A program made the position numbers and the translations under genes. A DNA stretch of 64,000 bases from Chiloscyllium plagiosum. Taxonomy: Eukaryota. Positions 13,775 through 27,949 of this stretch are shown piece after piece. The notes under the pieces were generated by a model, which was not told where the DNA came from, made no database searches, and saw only the letters and a program-made list of their open reading frames with translations. Each line of letters begins with the position of its first letter. The stretch's first letter is position 1. The stretch spans positions 9,832,728 to 9,896,727 of the forward strand of contig NC_057749.1 in assembly GCF_004010195.1 (NCBI RefSeq), given 5' to 3'.

Positions 13775-14240
13775 TCTGTTGCTCCCGATGCGGTCTCCTC
13801 TACATTGGGGAGATTGGATGCCTCCTAGCAGAATGCTTTATGGAACATCTCTGGGACACCTGCACCAATCAACCACACCGCCCTGTGCCCCAACATTTCA
13901 ACTCCCCCTCCCACTCTGCCAAGGGCCTCCTTCACCGCCGGTCCCTCACCACCCGACGCCTGGAGGAAGAACGCCTCATCTTCCGCCTCGGAACATTTCA
14001 ACCTCAGGGCATCAATGTGGACTTCAACAGTTTCCTCATTTCCCCTTCCCCCACCTCACCCCAATTCCAAACTTCCAGCTCTATTTCTCCACCCTTCAGG
14101 CACTCTGCTTGTATTCCTGATGAAGGGCTTTTGCTCGAAACGTCGATTTTACTGCTCCTCGGATGCTGCCTGAACTGCTGTGCTCTTCCAGCACCACTAA
14201 TCCAGAATCTGGTTTCCAGCATCTGCAGTCATTGTTTTTA
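13775..14240 (+). mobile_element. Penelope-like element 3' remnant (GIY-YIG, family A terminus)
   Basis: YCICCSRCGLLYIGE..EHL..QHFNSPSHS..LIFRLGTFQPQGIN, followed by an HHR-bearing terminal repeat. Confidence 0.88.
14117..14144 (+). ncRNA. Minimal hammerhead ribozyme motif, family A
   Basis: CTGATGA A GGGC-TTTT-GCTC GAAA CGTC, downstream of a GIY-YIG coding remnant. Confidence 0.75.
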
Positions 14241-14305
14241 CCTGATTCAGAGGCGTGTGATGCTACTATAGGTGACAGCTCTTGGGTCATCTGGATTGGG
14301 ATCAG

Positions 14306-15031
14306 GTTAAAAATCACACAACACCAGGTTATAGCCCAACAGGTTATCTGGAAGTACTAGCTTTAAGAGCACTGTTCCTTCATCAAGTAACTCGTGGGGC
14401 AGGATCATAAGACACAGACTTTATTGCAAAAGATCACAATGTCATGCAATTAAAATGATATTTTGAATGAACCTAGATTGCTGTTAAGTCTTTCATCTTA
14501 TAGAATGGGTTGCAGGTTTCGGTTCATTAATATGTAAATCACAGAACTATTTTTAAGTCACGTTGTTGAGGTAACTTAAGGTTTTATTTTTAAAAAGTGA
14601 CATCTCAGCTCAGACAATTTTTTAAAGGTGTGAGGTTAGAGTCTGTCTGTATTTCAATCTTGAGTCAGACTGAGTCTGTTTCCAAAGTAAACATTTATAA
14701 AATGTTATGTGGATTGACTGCATGTAAGTTGTGTGCTCTTTGAACAAAAATAGAATGTATCTGCAAATGTAAATTCACCTCACTACAACCCATTCTAAAA
14801 GATGAAAGACTTAACTGCAATCTAAGTTTGTTCAATATATCGTTTTAATTGAATGTCACTGTGATCTTTTGCTATAAATTCTGTGTCTTATGATCCTGCC
14901 CCACTCGTTACCTGATGAAGGAGCAGTGCTCTGAAAGCTAGTGCTTCCAAATATACCTGTTGGACTGTAACCTGGTGCTCAGAGTTTTTACTTTGTCCAC
15001 CCCAGCCCAACACCGGCACCTCCCCATTATA
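14306..15031. mobile_element. Fold-back non-coding PLE derivative, family B
   Basis: About 200-bp inverted arms; flanked by gattgggatcag (14294-14305) and gattggaatcag (15032-15043). Confidence 0.8.
14912..14940 (+). ncRNA. Minimal hammerhead ribozyme motif, family B
   Basis: tac CTGATGA A GGAGC-AGT-GCTCT GAAA GCTA gtg. Confidence 0.72.
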
Positions 15032-15470
15032 GATTGGAATCAGCATTCCCTCAAAAGAAGCAATGGCAACACGAAAAAATATTTTCATTTCAGTTCATGC
15101 TTATGATCGGGAATATGCTGCCTCCATGTAGTGGAGGTAGTATCACTTGAAGCTTTGATAGGGGAATTGGATCATTATCTGAAAGGGCACAATGTGCAGG
15201 GCCATTCTTTATGTCAGGGGAGTGCCATTTGGTGAAGTTCTTCAGAGAATCAGCACAGATATGCAAGACCATTCTGGAACTATTCAGCAATTCAGATTAT
15301 GATTCTAAGTGTCCTCCAGTGGTTTGTTATGCTTAACCATCTGTCTTGTTTTCTTGTGACTGTCTTGCCTTATTTGTTGTTGATCTATTATGAGTCTTGA
15401 TTACTTAACCGTGGTTTCTAGTTCAAAAATTAAACTCTATTTTGCATGTCCAAGATTTTGGTGTGTATGA

Positions 15471-15608
<138 letters not shown>

Positions 15609-15713
15609 TAAGTTCTACATTTAACTCTCTAATCTCTTGTATTTCAAAATAAAAGATTTTTGAAATGGTGATTCTTCGTGTCAAACATTTGAAATGAAAG
15701 TCGTATTGATTTA

Positions 15714-16170
15714 TAGAATCATAGAGAGATACAGCACAGAAACAGACCCTTCGGTCCAACCTGTCCACGCCGACCAGCTATCCCAACCCAATCTCGTCCC
15801 ACCTGCCAGCACCTGGTCCATATCCCTCCAAAACCTTCCTACTCATATACCCTTCCAAATGCCTCTTAAATGTTGCAATTGTACCGGCCTCTACCACATC
15901 CTCTGGCAGCTCATTCCATTCACATACCATCCTCTGCGTGAAAAAAGTTGCCCCTTCGGTCTCTTTTATATCTTTCCCCCTCTCACCCTAAAGCTATGCC
16001 CTCTAGTTCTGGACTCCCCAACCCCAGGGAAAAGACTTTACCTATTTTTCCTATCTATGCCCCTCATAAATTTGTAAACCTCTATAAGGTCACCCCTCAG
16101 CCTCCAACACTCCAGCGAAAACAGTCCCAGCCTGTTCAGCCTCTCCCTGTAGCTCAGATCCTCCAACCCT
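15714..16170 (-). mobile_element. CR1 LINE 3' end
   Basis: GLEDLSYRERLNRLGLFSLE..RGDLIEVYK on the minus strand, plus tail. Confidence 0.9.
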
Positions 16171-16967
16171 CGCATTTCTTTTTGAAAAAGGCAGATTTTG
16201 GTCTGAGTTCTGAACCATTGTGGCAAAATTAAATTCTTCAGGTGCCTGCTGCCTTTTATTCCATAGCCTCTTTCACTGTATCCCTGCCAGTTCACTTTGT
16301 GTACTTGGATCAACATTTATCAATTATTCTGTCATGTTTACTTCCATGAAATTTCATGGATGAATTTCTCCAATTTAAGCGTATTGCTCAAATGACAAAA
16401 TTGAAGGAACCATATCTTGTTATTTTGTATTGTGTGGAAGATCTTTAACTGTGGATTGACCAAATTGTTTACTTTGTGCTTTGTCACAAGTGCATATCAG
16501 CTTTTATTTTTACATTGGAATCTTGATTTCCTTTGCATGGTAGTGTAGGTTAAGGAACTGGATGAGCAAGTCCAAGGTTATGTTCTGAAAGTAAATTCAA
16601 CAAACTAAAAACTGTGGGCTGACGCCATGGGGGGAGAAAAAGCAGCAAGGTTAGATGTTTAAAGGTTCATTAATGGCCTGCAGGGAAGAGAGTTTGCTGT
16701 CTGGTAATTGTCAGTTCTACACAAGAAAATTGACTTGGTTCCCTTTGACTTCTTGGGTCATGTCAATCAGTTTCCATGACGATTATTGTGAAATCCCACT
16801 CAGCATCAAATCTCAGTAGTTTGAGAGGTCATTAAATAAAGTGTGCTCAGTGTTGCTGACTTAGAATCAAGCTGAAATGCTAACATTTTGGTTTTCTGAG
16901 GTACTGTAGTGTGTTTTTATTAAAATCGTCTTGACTAGAGTATTTGTAAGTTTTTAAAAAGTGTTAA

Positions 16968-17132
<165 letters not shown>

Positions 17133-19405
17133 TGACATGTTCGTATTCATTTTTAATCTGAGAATTCTGCAGTTCTATATGTGACACTTCATGAAGTCCA
17201 AGGCTTTCAGTGTGGATCTCTACAGCATCAATTTGTTTCCCTTTTACCAAACCATTTATAGGAATGTAGAATTCACTTCCAGGGTTATTGTCTGCCAAAG
17301 GAACTATATCAACATTTGAAGTTAGATTTGCAGATGGATGAAATGTGCTAGAAAGGCTGTGGAGACTAATTGTGTAGAAGTGATTTCAAACTTCTGTTTT
17401 GTCGAGGGCAGATATCAGCACAGACATTTGGGTAAAAATTCTTACTTCGTTTCAGTTCTTTTACCCAAAAACTGTGTATTTGATGCAAGTTTTGATTAAT
17501 TCCACAGGGCAAATTTACAGTTTAAATTTTTCTTTTGATTGTATTCCTGAACAAAATTGTCAACAAAGTTTCAGCAGTCGTAAGCAGGACATATATTTAT
17601 CGAAATTCTGCATTTTGAATGGTACAGAAATGTCTTATAATGCAAGGTCTATCTTGTTTTGAGAATACCATTTTTACTGAGTAGCCTTTTGAATTTATTG
17701 TAGTTTATGCAGCTGCTTGGTAATGTGATTTGTACTTCAAATTAACTGCACTCCTTAATGCTAGATCACTTTAGTAGATCTGCCAATTTTAAAATTCGGA
17801 TCAAGTGCACTAATCAATATTGCTTTTAATTCACTTTTGTGAACTAGAAAAAGCACTTCGATTTAATCTTTTTAAGCTGTGTTTTTCTGCGTTTTTGGGG
17901 TTTTACTATTGACCCCAATTTTGTCGACGATGTCCAAGTGACCAAGCTCGCGTGAAGTTAGAGTTGCTCCCAAAGATCACACCATGTCTGTAGCGTGGAT
18001 TTTCCCTTTTCCACCTTTGGTTTACGTCAGGCACCGAATCGGAAATTTCCAAGTTTGCAGAAAGTGATGCTATTAAGCAGGATAAAGGACCAACCATGTT
18101 GAAGCACTTGCAGCCTGCAAGCCAGTAAAATGCAATAAATAATCTTCACGTAAAGTATATAATTAGTGCATATACATAGGATGTAGAAACTGAAATATAA
18201 TTTTAAGAATAGATCTTGCCTCAATGTTTAGTCAGTTGGAGAATTTGAAAAATTTAATATTAAGTTTTCAGGACCAGGAAGTTTTAAAATCTAATTATTA
18301 ACCCAGTCTGCTATCGAAATACCCAGTTGCATCTTGTTCAAAAATGGAAACTTTTAACAGCAATCTTTACTGCAAGACTAATATTGTGAAAGGGAAAATT
18401 CTTGACAATTTAGTGATTTTTTTTTGTTTGCAGACTTGAGATACTTCCGCAATGCACCCAGTGGAGAAACACTGGATAATTTACAGCATCCTCTGGATTT
18501 TTGTATTTATCTGTCTGTACAGACTTGAAAATTGTTATGAATTTCAAAGGAGATGGTGTACACTGACAGTTTTTCTACCGTTAGTAATAGAAAGATTTTG
18601 TCTTGGGCCAATATACACAGTTAACTACTTGTAGGTGGAAGTTATGTCATAAAGAAGTAGAAAACCCTCGAAAGGGGGTGAATTTGCAGAGAGGAAAGCC
18701 ACACTAATTCTGTGGGTGTAGACCCACTGACATTTTTTCAAGTTGTGATTTTTTCTTTAAAACGTTGGGTTGCGATGTTAAACATATAAGTGCTTGCTGA
18801 TACTAACACTGAAAAAAATCAAGTTGTTTGCCTGCTCTTTTTTAAACAAATTAACTGGTCTCTAGTCAGTTAATTTGATGTTTGGCGTGTCACCCTTTTT
18901 GCTGTAGTCAGATTTATCTGTGAGAAATTTGTCCTGCTTCAAACAGCTGGCTTTGAAAAACTTTGAAATGTCCTGAAGCAGTTTTCTTTCAATCATGTGC
19001 CTTTTGCCTGAAGGCAAGCCCATGGCTCATTGTTTATTGATGCCTTACTTGGAGCCATTTGTTAACCTGCTGTGTTTTGCCACAGCCTTCCACTATTGGC
19101 CAGAACTAAACACACTTTGCAAGTCTCCCTTGGCCAGAATGGGAATCAACCCACACTATTACATTATTCTCAACCTTGCATTAACCATCCAGCTAACTGG
19201 ACATAATGTATTTCTTCAGTTTGTTTCACCAGCTTCACATACAAATTGACCAAGTCATTTTGTGGAACATTGCTGGTACAGAATTTGACCCCCATAAATC
19301 TTCACTGCTCCCCAAAGCTCATCACATGTGAAATGTTTAGGAATGTTGTGAATACAGGGTGCTTGGATCAATACAGATGTTTCAAACGACAGTGATAAGA
19401 ATTAA

Positions 19406-19498
<93 letters not shown>

Positions 19499-19695
19499 TG
19501 AGTATTATTATCATGTGATCATGATCTGTATGCAATTTTCAGAATCGAAGAAAAGGGTACACCTGAAATGAACAAATGGATGGAGAATTTACACCACCGC
19601 TCCTGGGAGTAGTAACCGATTATAGTTTTCCGTCTGTTCCATTTGGTTGCCAGTGCTTGCAAGTTTTTGTTAAATGCATCTTACTTTCTGTATGA

Positions 19696-19858
19696 GAGAA
19701 AGTGAGGGCTGCAGATGCTGGAGATCAGAGCTGAAAATGTGTTGCTGGAAAAGCGCAGCAGGTCAGCATTCCTGAAGAAGGGCTTATGCCCGAAACGTCG
19801 ATTCTCCTGTTCCTTGGATGCTGCCTGACCTGCGCTTTTCCAGCAACACATTTTCAGC
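19696..19858. mobile_element. 163-bp fold-back HHR element, family A, with a 14-bp TSD
   Basis: TSD tactttctgtatga at 19682-19695 and 19859-19872; arms agctgaaaatgtgttgctggaaaagcgcag / ctgcgcttttccagcaacacattttcagct. Confidence 0.85.
19772..19799 (+). ncRNA. Minimal hammerhead ribozyme motif, family A (intact core)
   Basis: CTGAAGA A GGGC-TTAT-GCCC GAAA CGTC. Confidence 0.78.
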
Positions 19859-20513
19859 TACTTTCTGTATGACCACTGTAAATGTCAACATCCAATGTAC
19901 AAAACATTCTTTAAGATTGTTGCGCCTTTCATTCATTTTGTTTCCTCATGGTTCCCTCTTACTGTTCTTTTGACTAGTTCTGGGGACAAGCTCGTTTATG
20001 TTTTCAGTCAATGTCTGTCAGTGTCGTTATGTCATGACTTCAGGTAGTTATTTAGCCTATTTTTGGACCTAACCCATACCTGTTCACTTGCCCTTGATTT
20101 GGTCCTTTTGTCTTGTTAATTAAATAACTAGCAGCTGGAACTACAGAACTGATAGCATTTATAAATTATTTGACAATGGTTTTCTAATTTCTGCATTTTT
20201 CTCTTATAAACATTACTGACCCAAAATGACCCAAAGGAAACTAATGTCATTATAGAAATATTTGTTTAGATATGGCAATAAGTTTAGAATTTCTTCTGAA
20301 AGCGTCAGGAATTTCCTCATTCATCTTAAGAGATTACCAAGCCCAAGTTTGAAAACATGCTGAAATAAGATAAATTTCCTCATTAGAGGAATGAAAGATA
20401 TTAATATAGAATTAGCAACTGTTTGGTTTCCACCACAGTGAATTCAGCATAAGTGATGCAGTATTTTATGTTTTATTCAAAATAATTCTGCCTGTATCTG
20501 CCATGTTTAATAA

Positions 20514-20747
<234 letters not shown>

Positions 20748-21806
20748 TAATAGGTATAGCAAGACATTTTAAGTACTTTTTTGACTTGTGTCCTGCTGAG
20801 GCATGTGGCTGATTTATGGAAGATATAATATTCTTTCCAAAAATATGGATCTTGAGATGTTGCAAAAAGGTGACTTGCAGCAGGGCCTGGCAGCTGCACT
20901 TCAACTGCCATGCTATTTTGGGTATTATACAGATAATCTGTCGTCTTCTAAGGAATGCATGGTTGTTGAGCAATGCAATGTTCTGTGTACTATGGGGGTA
21001 ACTACTTCAGTTTTCTCCATTGTTCTTCTCTGTTTTCCACATCACATCAAGTAGAGACAAGCTGTCACAAGTGTACAACAGACATACATGAGTCAAACTG
21101 AAATTGCTAATGGCAACGTGACATGGTAAGATAGCCTTGTGCACTGTAATCTTAGAAAATGAAGTATAGCTATTCAGCAACATCTTTCCAGGTGGTATAG
21201 ACCTTTAGTGATAGGCTGAAATAAGAGATCCATCATTTACTTTGGTTTAATCTAAAGCCTGAACTCAAACGTTTGCCTACTTTTTTCTTGCTATGATATT
21301 TGGCACTCATCATTGAAATGTTGTGGGCTGTTTCTACTTCCTTGACAAAATATACTTGTCTTTTATTTCTGCCAGGATTTGCATGAGTGCAGCTGTGACT
21401 TAAACCATTCTATCCGTTCAAGATAACCAAATAAAATGCCAGAGATAAAAATATTTCTGATTGTGGGGAACCGCTTCCTAGACCAAGTTTGCCTGAAACT
21501 CTGCCCCGATGCAGATATTCATAAATTTGAGTTGGCTAATGCTTATTTCACCTGTTGTTAGGACAGGTGTTAGGCCATGGAATGTAGCTCTCCCACCTTC
21601 CACACCAGTCTAACAAAATAATGCATCTTGACTTCCTGGTCCAGTTATTCCAAACCCCCTAAGAAGAACCAGGTTTGGATTAAAGAAAATACGTGTCTTC
21701 TATTGTAATTGTCTATCTGTTATTCTTTGGACATTATTTGCTAACTTGACACACAAGTTCATGCAATGGATACAACCAGTAATTATGAACTAGATTAGAA
21801 GAATAA

Positions 21807-21995
<189 letters not shown>

Positions 21996-22004
21996 TGAGT
22001 CTTA

Positions 22005-23610
22005 AGAGTCATTGAACTATCCAGCAAGGAAACAGACCCTTCAGTCCAACAGTCCACGCTGAACATAATCCCAAACTAACCAAGTCCCACCTGCCTGTTC
22101 CTGACCCATTTCCCTCCGAACCTTTCCTAATCATGCACTTAAAATTACAATGTTTAGAAGACATTTGGGTATCAACATCCACCACTCCTTCAGGAAGTTC
22201 ATTCCATTCGCGAATCACCCTCTGTAAAAAGAAATTGCCCATCATGTCTTTTTTCAATCTCTCTCGTCTCACTTTTATAAACATGTCCCCTAGTCTTAAA
22301 ATCCCCCAACATATGCAAAAGACTACATTAACCCTATCCATATCTATCATGCTTTTATAAACTTCTGTGAGGTCATCTCTCGACCTCCTATGCTTTGGTG
22401 ATAGAAGTCTCAGCCTATCCAGTCTGTCTTCTTAACTCAAATCTTCCATACCCAGCAACATCCTGGTAAAGCTGTTCTGAGCCCACTCCAGCTTAATAAT
22501 ATCCTTCCTATAACTGGTATCAAAAGAGAAAAGTTGGACGCATTTATAGACCTAAGGGGCAGCTTTTTCGCACAGAGGGTGGTGCATGTAAGGAATGAGC
22601 TGCCAGAGGAAGTGATGGAGCCTGGTACAATTACAGCATTTAAAAGGTATCTGGATGGGTATATGAATAGGAATGTTTTAGTAGGATATGGGCCAGGTGT
22701 TGGCAAGTGGGACTAGATTAGGTTGGGATATCTGGTCGGCATGGACGAGTTGGACCGAACAGTCTGTTTCTGTGATGTACATCTCTATGACTTTATGATT
22801 AAACTACAAGCACAACAGATAAAAGGATAAGGGATAGATCCTTTTCTTCTTTGAACCTGGTCCACCATTCGATATGATCATGACAGATGATCTAACTCCA
22901 TATCTTGTTCCCGCTTTCTCTGAAAACCCTTTAGCCCTGAGGACTATATTTAACTCCTTGAGAACATTCAATGTTTGGCCTCAAGCACTTTCTATGGTAG
23001 AGAATTCTGTGGGCTCACCAGTCTGTGGTCCCCAGTATATCTGGGGACTTTTAGAAGGCTTGTGATGTTCCACGTAAAGTTCAAGTGTACGGGATTGGGA
23101 TTAATGCACTGACTTGGATAGTGAACTGATTGGCAGATACTAAACAAAGATTGGAATAAATGGATCATTTTCTGAATGGCAGGCAGTAAGTTGTGAAGTA
23201 CCACATGGGTCAGTGCTTGGAACCCAGCTATTCACAATATTAAATGAAGGAACTAAATGTATCTCTTCAGTTTGCACATGAGACAAAGCAGGGTGAATTG
23301 TGAGGAGGAATTTGTACAAATTGAGAGGATAAATGCAAGGCAGATAAATGCATGAAGTATAATGTGGATGAATGTGAGGTTATCCGCTTTGGCAGCAAAA
23401 ACAAATAAGTCATATGTGTTGTCTCCTCTTTATCAATTCTTCTAGTCACATCCTCGCAATGTTCCAGTAGATTTGTCAAGCATGATTTCCCTTTCGTAAA
23501 TCCATGCTAACTCTGTCCAATTCTGGCACTGCTTTTCAAGTACCCTGCTGTTAAATCTTTTATAATAGACATTGGCATTTTCCTACTGCCCATATTAGGC
23601 TAACTCTATT
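22005..23610. mobile_element. Cluster of CR1 fragments in both orientations
   Basis: About 22005-22520 (-), 22525-22795 (+), 22815-23030 (-), and 23060-23610 RT fragments (gggtcagtgcttgg). Confidence 0.75.
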
Positions 23611-23693
23611 TTGTCTCCACATGATATTTATGCATCAAAATAGTAAGTACCTTCGCTTATTTGAAATTCAGTGGCTTTACTATTTTTCCTAAC

Positions 23694-24560
23694 CTTACAA
23701 GGATGTTGCCAGGGTTGGAGGAACTGAGCTACAGGGAGAAGCTGAATAGGCTGGGGCTGTTTTCCCTGGAGCGTTGGAGGCTGAGGGGTGACCTTATAGA
23801 GGTTTACAAAATTATGAGGGGCATGGATAGGATAAATAGGCAAGTCTTCTCCCTGGGGTCAGGGAGTCCAGAACTAGAGGGCATAGGTTTAGGGTGAGAG
23901 GGGAAAGATATAAAAGAGACCTAAGGGGCAACTTTTTCACGCAGAAGGTGGTACGTGTATGGAATGAGCTGCCAGAGGATGTGGTGGAGGCTGGTACAAT
24001 TGCAACATTTAAGAGGCATTTGGATGGGTATATGAATAGGAAGATGTTGTGAAACTTGAAAGGCTTCAAAAAAGATTTACAAGGATGTTGTCAGGGTTGG
24101 AGGATTTGAGCTATAGGGAGACTTTGAAGAAGGGGTGACCATATAGAGGTTTATAAAATCATGAGGGGCATGGATAGGATAAATAGACAAAGTCTTTTCC
24201 CTGGGGTTAGGGAGTCCAGAACTAGAGGGCATCGGTTTAGGGTGAGATGGGAAAGATATAAAAGAGATCTGAGGGGAAACTTTTTCATGCAGAGGATGGT
24301 ACGTGTATGGAATGAGCTGCCATAGAATGTGGTGGAGGCTGGTACAATTGCAACATTTAAAAGGCATCTTGATGGATATATGAATAGGAAGGGTTTGGAG
24401 GGATATGGGCCATGTGCTGGCAGGTGGGACTAGATTGGGTTGGGATATGATGTGGGCCAGGTGCTGGCAGGTGGGACTAGATTGCGTCGGAATATCTGGT
24501 CGGCATGGATGGGTTGGACTGAAGGGTCTGTTTCCATGCTGTACATCTCTATGACTCTAA
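23694..24560 (+). mobile_element. Tandem CR1 3' ends (two head-to-tail partial copies)
   Basis: acaaggatgttg..agggttggagg occurs near 23697 and 24079; single tail at about 24550. Confidence 0.88.
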
Positions 24561-27500
24561 GTAAATAACAAGAGAAAGAAAACAAAATATTAATTTGTTT
24601 TAAACATTGGTTTACATTGGGTCCAGAAATCCTGCTGAAAAACGCAATACACTTTTTCTTGAGTCTCTTGAAGCAATAAAGCATTTAGTCTGGCTCTGTT
24701 CAAAGATTGTGTCCATTTGATCTGATCCTGTTCTACAGAAGTCTACAGCCTGTTGCAATAACAAAACAACAGCTGAAATGTGTGTTCAGTCTTGGGCTCA
24801 TTTACTTGATCTCTGATATGTGCTGTCTTAATGTAATTTGAGCCAGTTCATTCAGACCAGCAATTTGTTTTAATTATCGTTTCACAGTGCTGCGAGTCTT
24901 ATTCATGGAGCTCTAATAACTATTCTGTTTGATCTAGACTTCTATTTTTCTTTTGTTCATGTAACATTACACTATTTGTGTTTGTCAAAAACCAGTGACA
25001 GAGTGGTTATGCCCAAAAGACGCACTGGATCTTGGTTATCAGATTTTAAAGCCAACATTTATTAAAACACTTAGTTGCATTTACATTACATTTCCCGTGA
25101 CTCATTAATTACATTTTTTGGGGAAAAAAAACTTATCAGTGATTGTCAAATATTCCTATCTCAGTGGAGAGTGAACTGTTTCTGAATTTTTAACCCAACA
25201 GACTGGGTAGAGGGAATGATCTCCAGCTTCTGCAGTAATTACTTTTGCCTAGAGAGAATGGATTGTTTACTAATTTGTGTGAAAAATGCATTTGAATATA
25301 GAAACAGTTTTTCAAGCCATATGTTTGCAACTATTTTTTAATTCAAGCAGCAGAACATATACTTCCTGATAATTGTTCAATTGTCCACTGTTAACTTTTG
25401 CGTCTTTACTTTTGCACTGAATCTATGCTGAAACTTAACGTGGAAAGCCTGCTTCATGTAGAATAGCTTCTAAAGCAAAATATTTGTGATGGTGCAGTCA
25501 GTTTATCTTTTCAGGCTGAGACATATTTTTGGGAAGTGTGTCAGAAGAACTTTTAATTTATTTATCAATTCAAGGTGACATCTGGGTGTGTTTTTAATTC
25601 CAAACACACCCTGATAATGTTAATTCTCATGGCTTAATTTAAATTGCTGAAGGTCTGGTCAAATCTGTTCCACAACTTTGAAATAAGAAATGGAAATCTA
25701 CTGATTGCAAACCACCTCACCATCTGAAAGTTTCATTTTCCTCTAACATTGAGAGTCTTTCCTCTCCCACCTCATAAATTCAATTCTAAGTTATACTGAG
25801 ACTTAGTTCAGAATAAATTAAATTTCTACTTCTGTAGAACTATCACCTCCCTCAGTGCATTTAAATTCAAACTATCAAACAGGAAAACAAACATGTAGAA
25901 GTTTCTTTACCCCCTTAGTGAAATGAGAATGTTCACTTCATTTTGGCTGCTTTTTATCCCTCTTTGCTTGCATCATTGATGTGTAGGCAGATGTATAATT
26001 ACAAGCTTGTGCTTCTGGCTGGTGCACTACTCTTAGACATAGAAACATAGAACACAAGAGTAGGAGTAGGCCATGCAGCCACTTGAGCCTGCTCCACCAT
26101 TCGATACAATCATTTATTGTTCCCTGTTCCTACGTTCTCCCCAAATCCTTTGATACCTTTAGCCCTAAGAAGTGTATACATATCTCCTTCTTGAAAATGT
26201 TCAATGTTTGGCCTCAACTGCTTTCTGGTGCAGAGAATTCCATAGGCTCACCATTGTGCACGTTCAGCATCAGCTCTGCACATGCATAAGCTGCCATAGC
26301 TTGCTTTATACTCTTCTTCATAAAATGTTTTCTCTGGTATGTATATGTGAACAGGTATCCCGATTACTTAAGGTGATTTACATTTTTGTCAAATCAGTTA
26401 TACATTGACTAGGCAGAAATTAAATCCATGGTGAGTATGCTTTCTCTTCAGTACTGGAAAGTGTTTCACAAATTGAAATCTGGCTTCACGTTTTAAGAGT
26501 TAACTTCCTTGTGAGCAGTGCTCATTTAACTTTCTTTTCTTCCTTGGACACAAGCTAATTGTAATTTCTCTATGCTTATTGGGCTACTTTCTGTCAATAG
26601 TGAGGAAAGTTACTTGATTGCATGAGAAATAATGGCAAAAGGTTCACTCAAAATTATAGCAGTAAGAGCGAATGAACTTGAACTTGTACATTATCTTATT
26701 GTTAACAATTAGCCTTCTGACCTATAAATGTATGGGAAGAGATTCTGTATCTCAAGGTTATCTGTGCCATTCCACTCTGCCTTGTTAAAATTGTGCAAAT
26801 TTATTCTGGGATATTTTCTTATTGTCCTCAGAGCTCCATGCATTTTGTGTAATTATTTGGCATTGCTCCTGAAGCATGTACAAGTCTGGGCGACTTTAAT
26901 GCAGGACACTTGTAGTATTCATGCCTGGCATCTCTCAAAATTGCTGCAGAAACTTATGAATCATGTGTATTCATATGCTGTGTGATTAAGTACAATAGTA
27001 CCCTCTGTAGGAGGAAAAATGAGCTGCATGCTTTGCATGTTTGTGGTGTTGATGGTTTAATTGTAGGGCAGTAGAAAAACAACGTAAAAAATGGTTGTTA
27101 TTTTGCAGATTAAAGGTGGGCATTCTACTTATGGTCAATGTTCTCTTCACTTGCTGACACAATAATTATAGAATAAATGGTAAAATATTTGAATACTTTT
27201 TATAAGAGGTAGGGATGTGAGAAAGCCCTGTGTAAGGGGATGGATGGATATGCACTTTGCTCATCTGATCCTTTTGATTACTTAATTTACTTGGACTGGA
27301 AATACCTCACTCATTTGCATCTCCTGTCAGTTAATTGTGTTTTCCGTGTTCCTCCTCCTCCTTTCTTATGCCCCGGTGATTTATTTCGAAAGTAAATTAG
27401 CATGATCTTTAGTGCTGTATACTTCCAACTCAGATATCTATTTATGCAGTTCCATATCAATAATTTGCATGAGACCTAAAACATTTTGCAGATCTGTTGC

Positions 27501-27949
27501 AGATTTGCTGCCTTTTTTTTTCTTGGCATGCTTCTTGGCAACATTTTAGAATATAATTTCTCATACAAAGCCGATCTTGGTATTTTTTTTAAGGCAGAGA
27601 GATACTTGTTAAGCAAGGGGATTACTGGGGTTGGTAGGAATGCAGATTTGAGATTATAATCAGGTCAGCCAACTTGGCAGGGTAGGCTTGAAGGACTGAA
27701 TGGCCTACTAATTCGTACACAACTTCAAATACCCTTACAAATCTACCACGTTGCAATGGCACCTGCTCAGAGTTCCTGCTGCCTAACAGTTAAAGGTTTA
27801 TTTACAGCATGGTACGTTTATATAGGAAGCTTATATTTTGAACTATTGACATGAATTTGTCAGCAAATATGACTGCAGACAAGTGTTGATTCATTTGGGG
27901 AAGTTAATAAAAAGAAAAGTGTCAAATTGCCCCCATTTTGTAACCTGCG

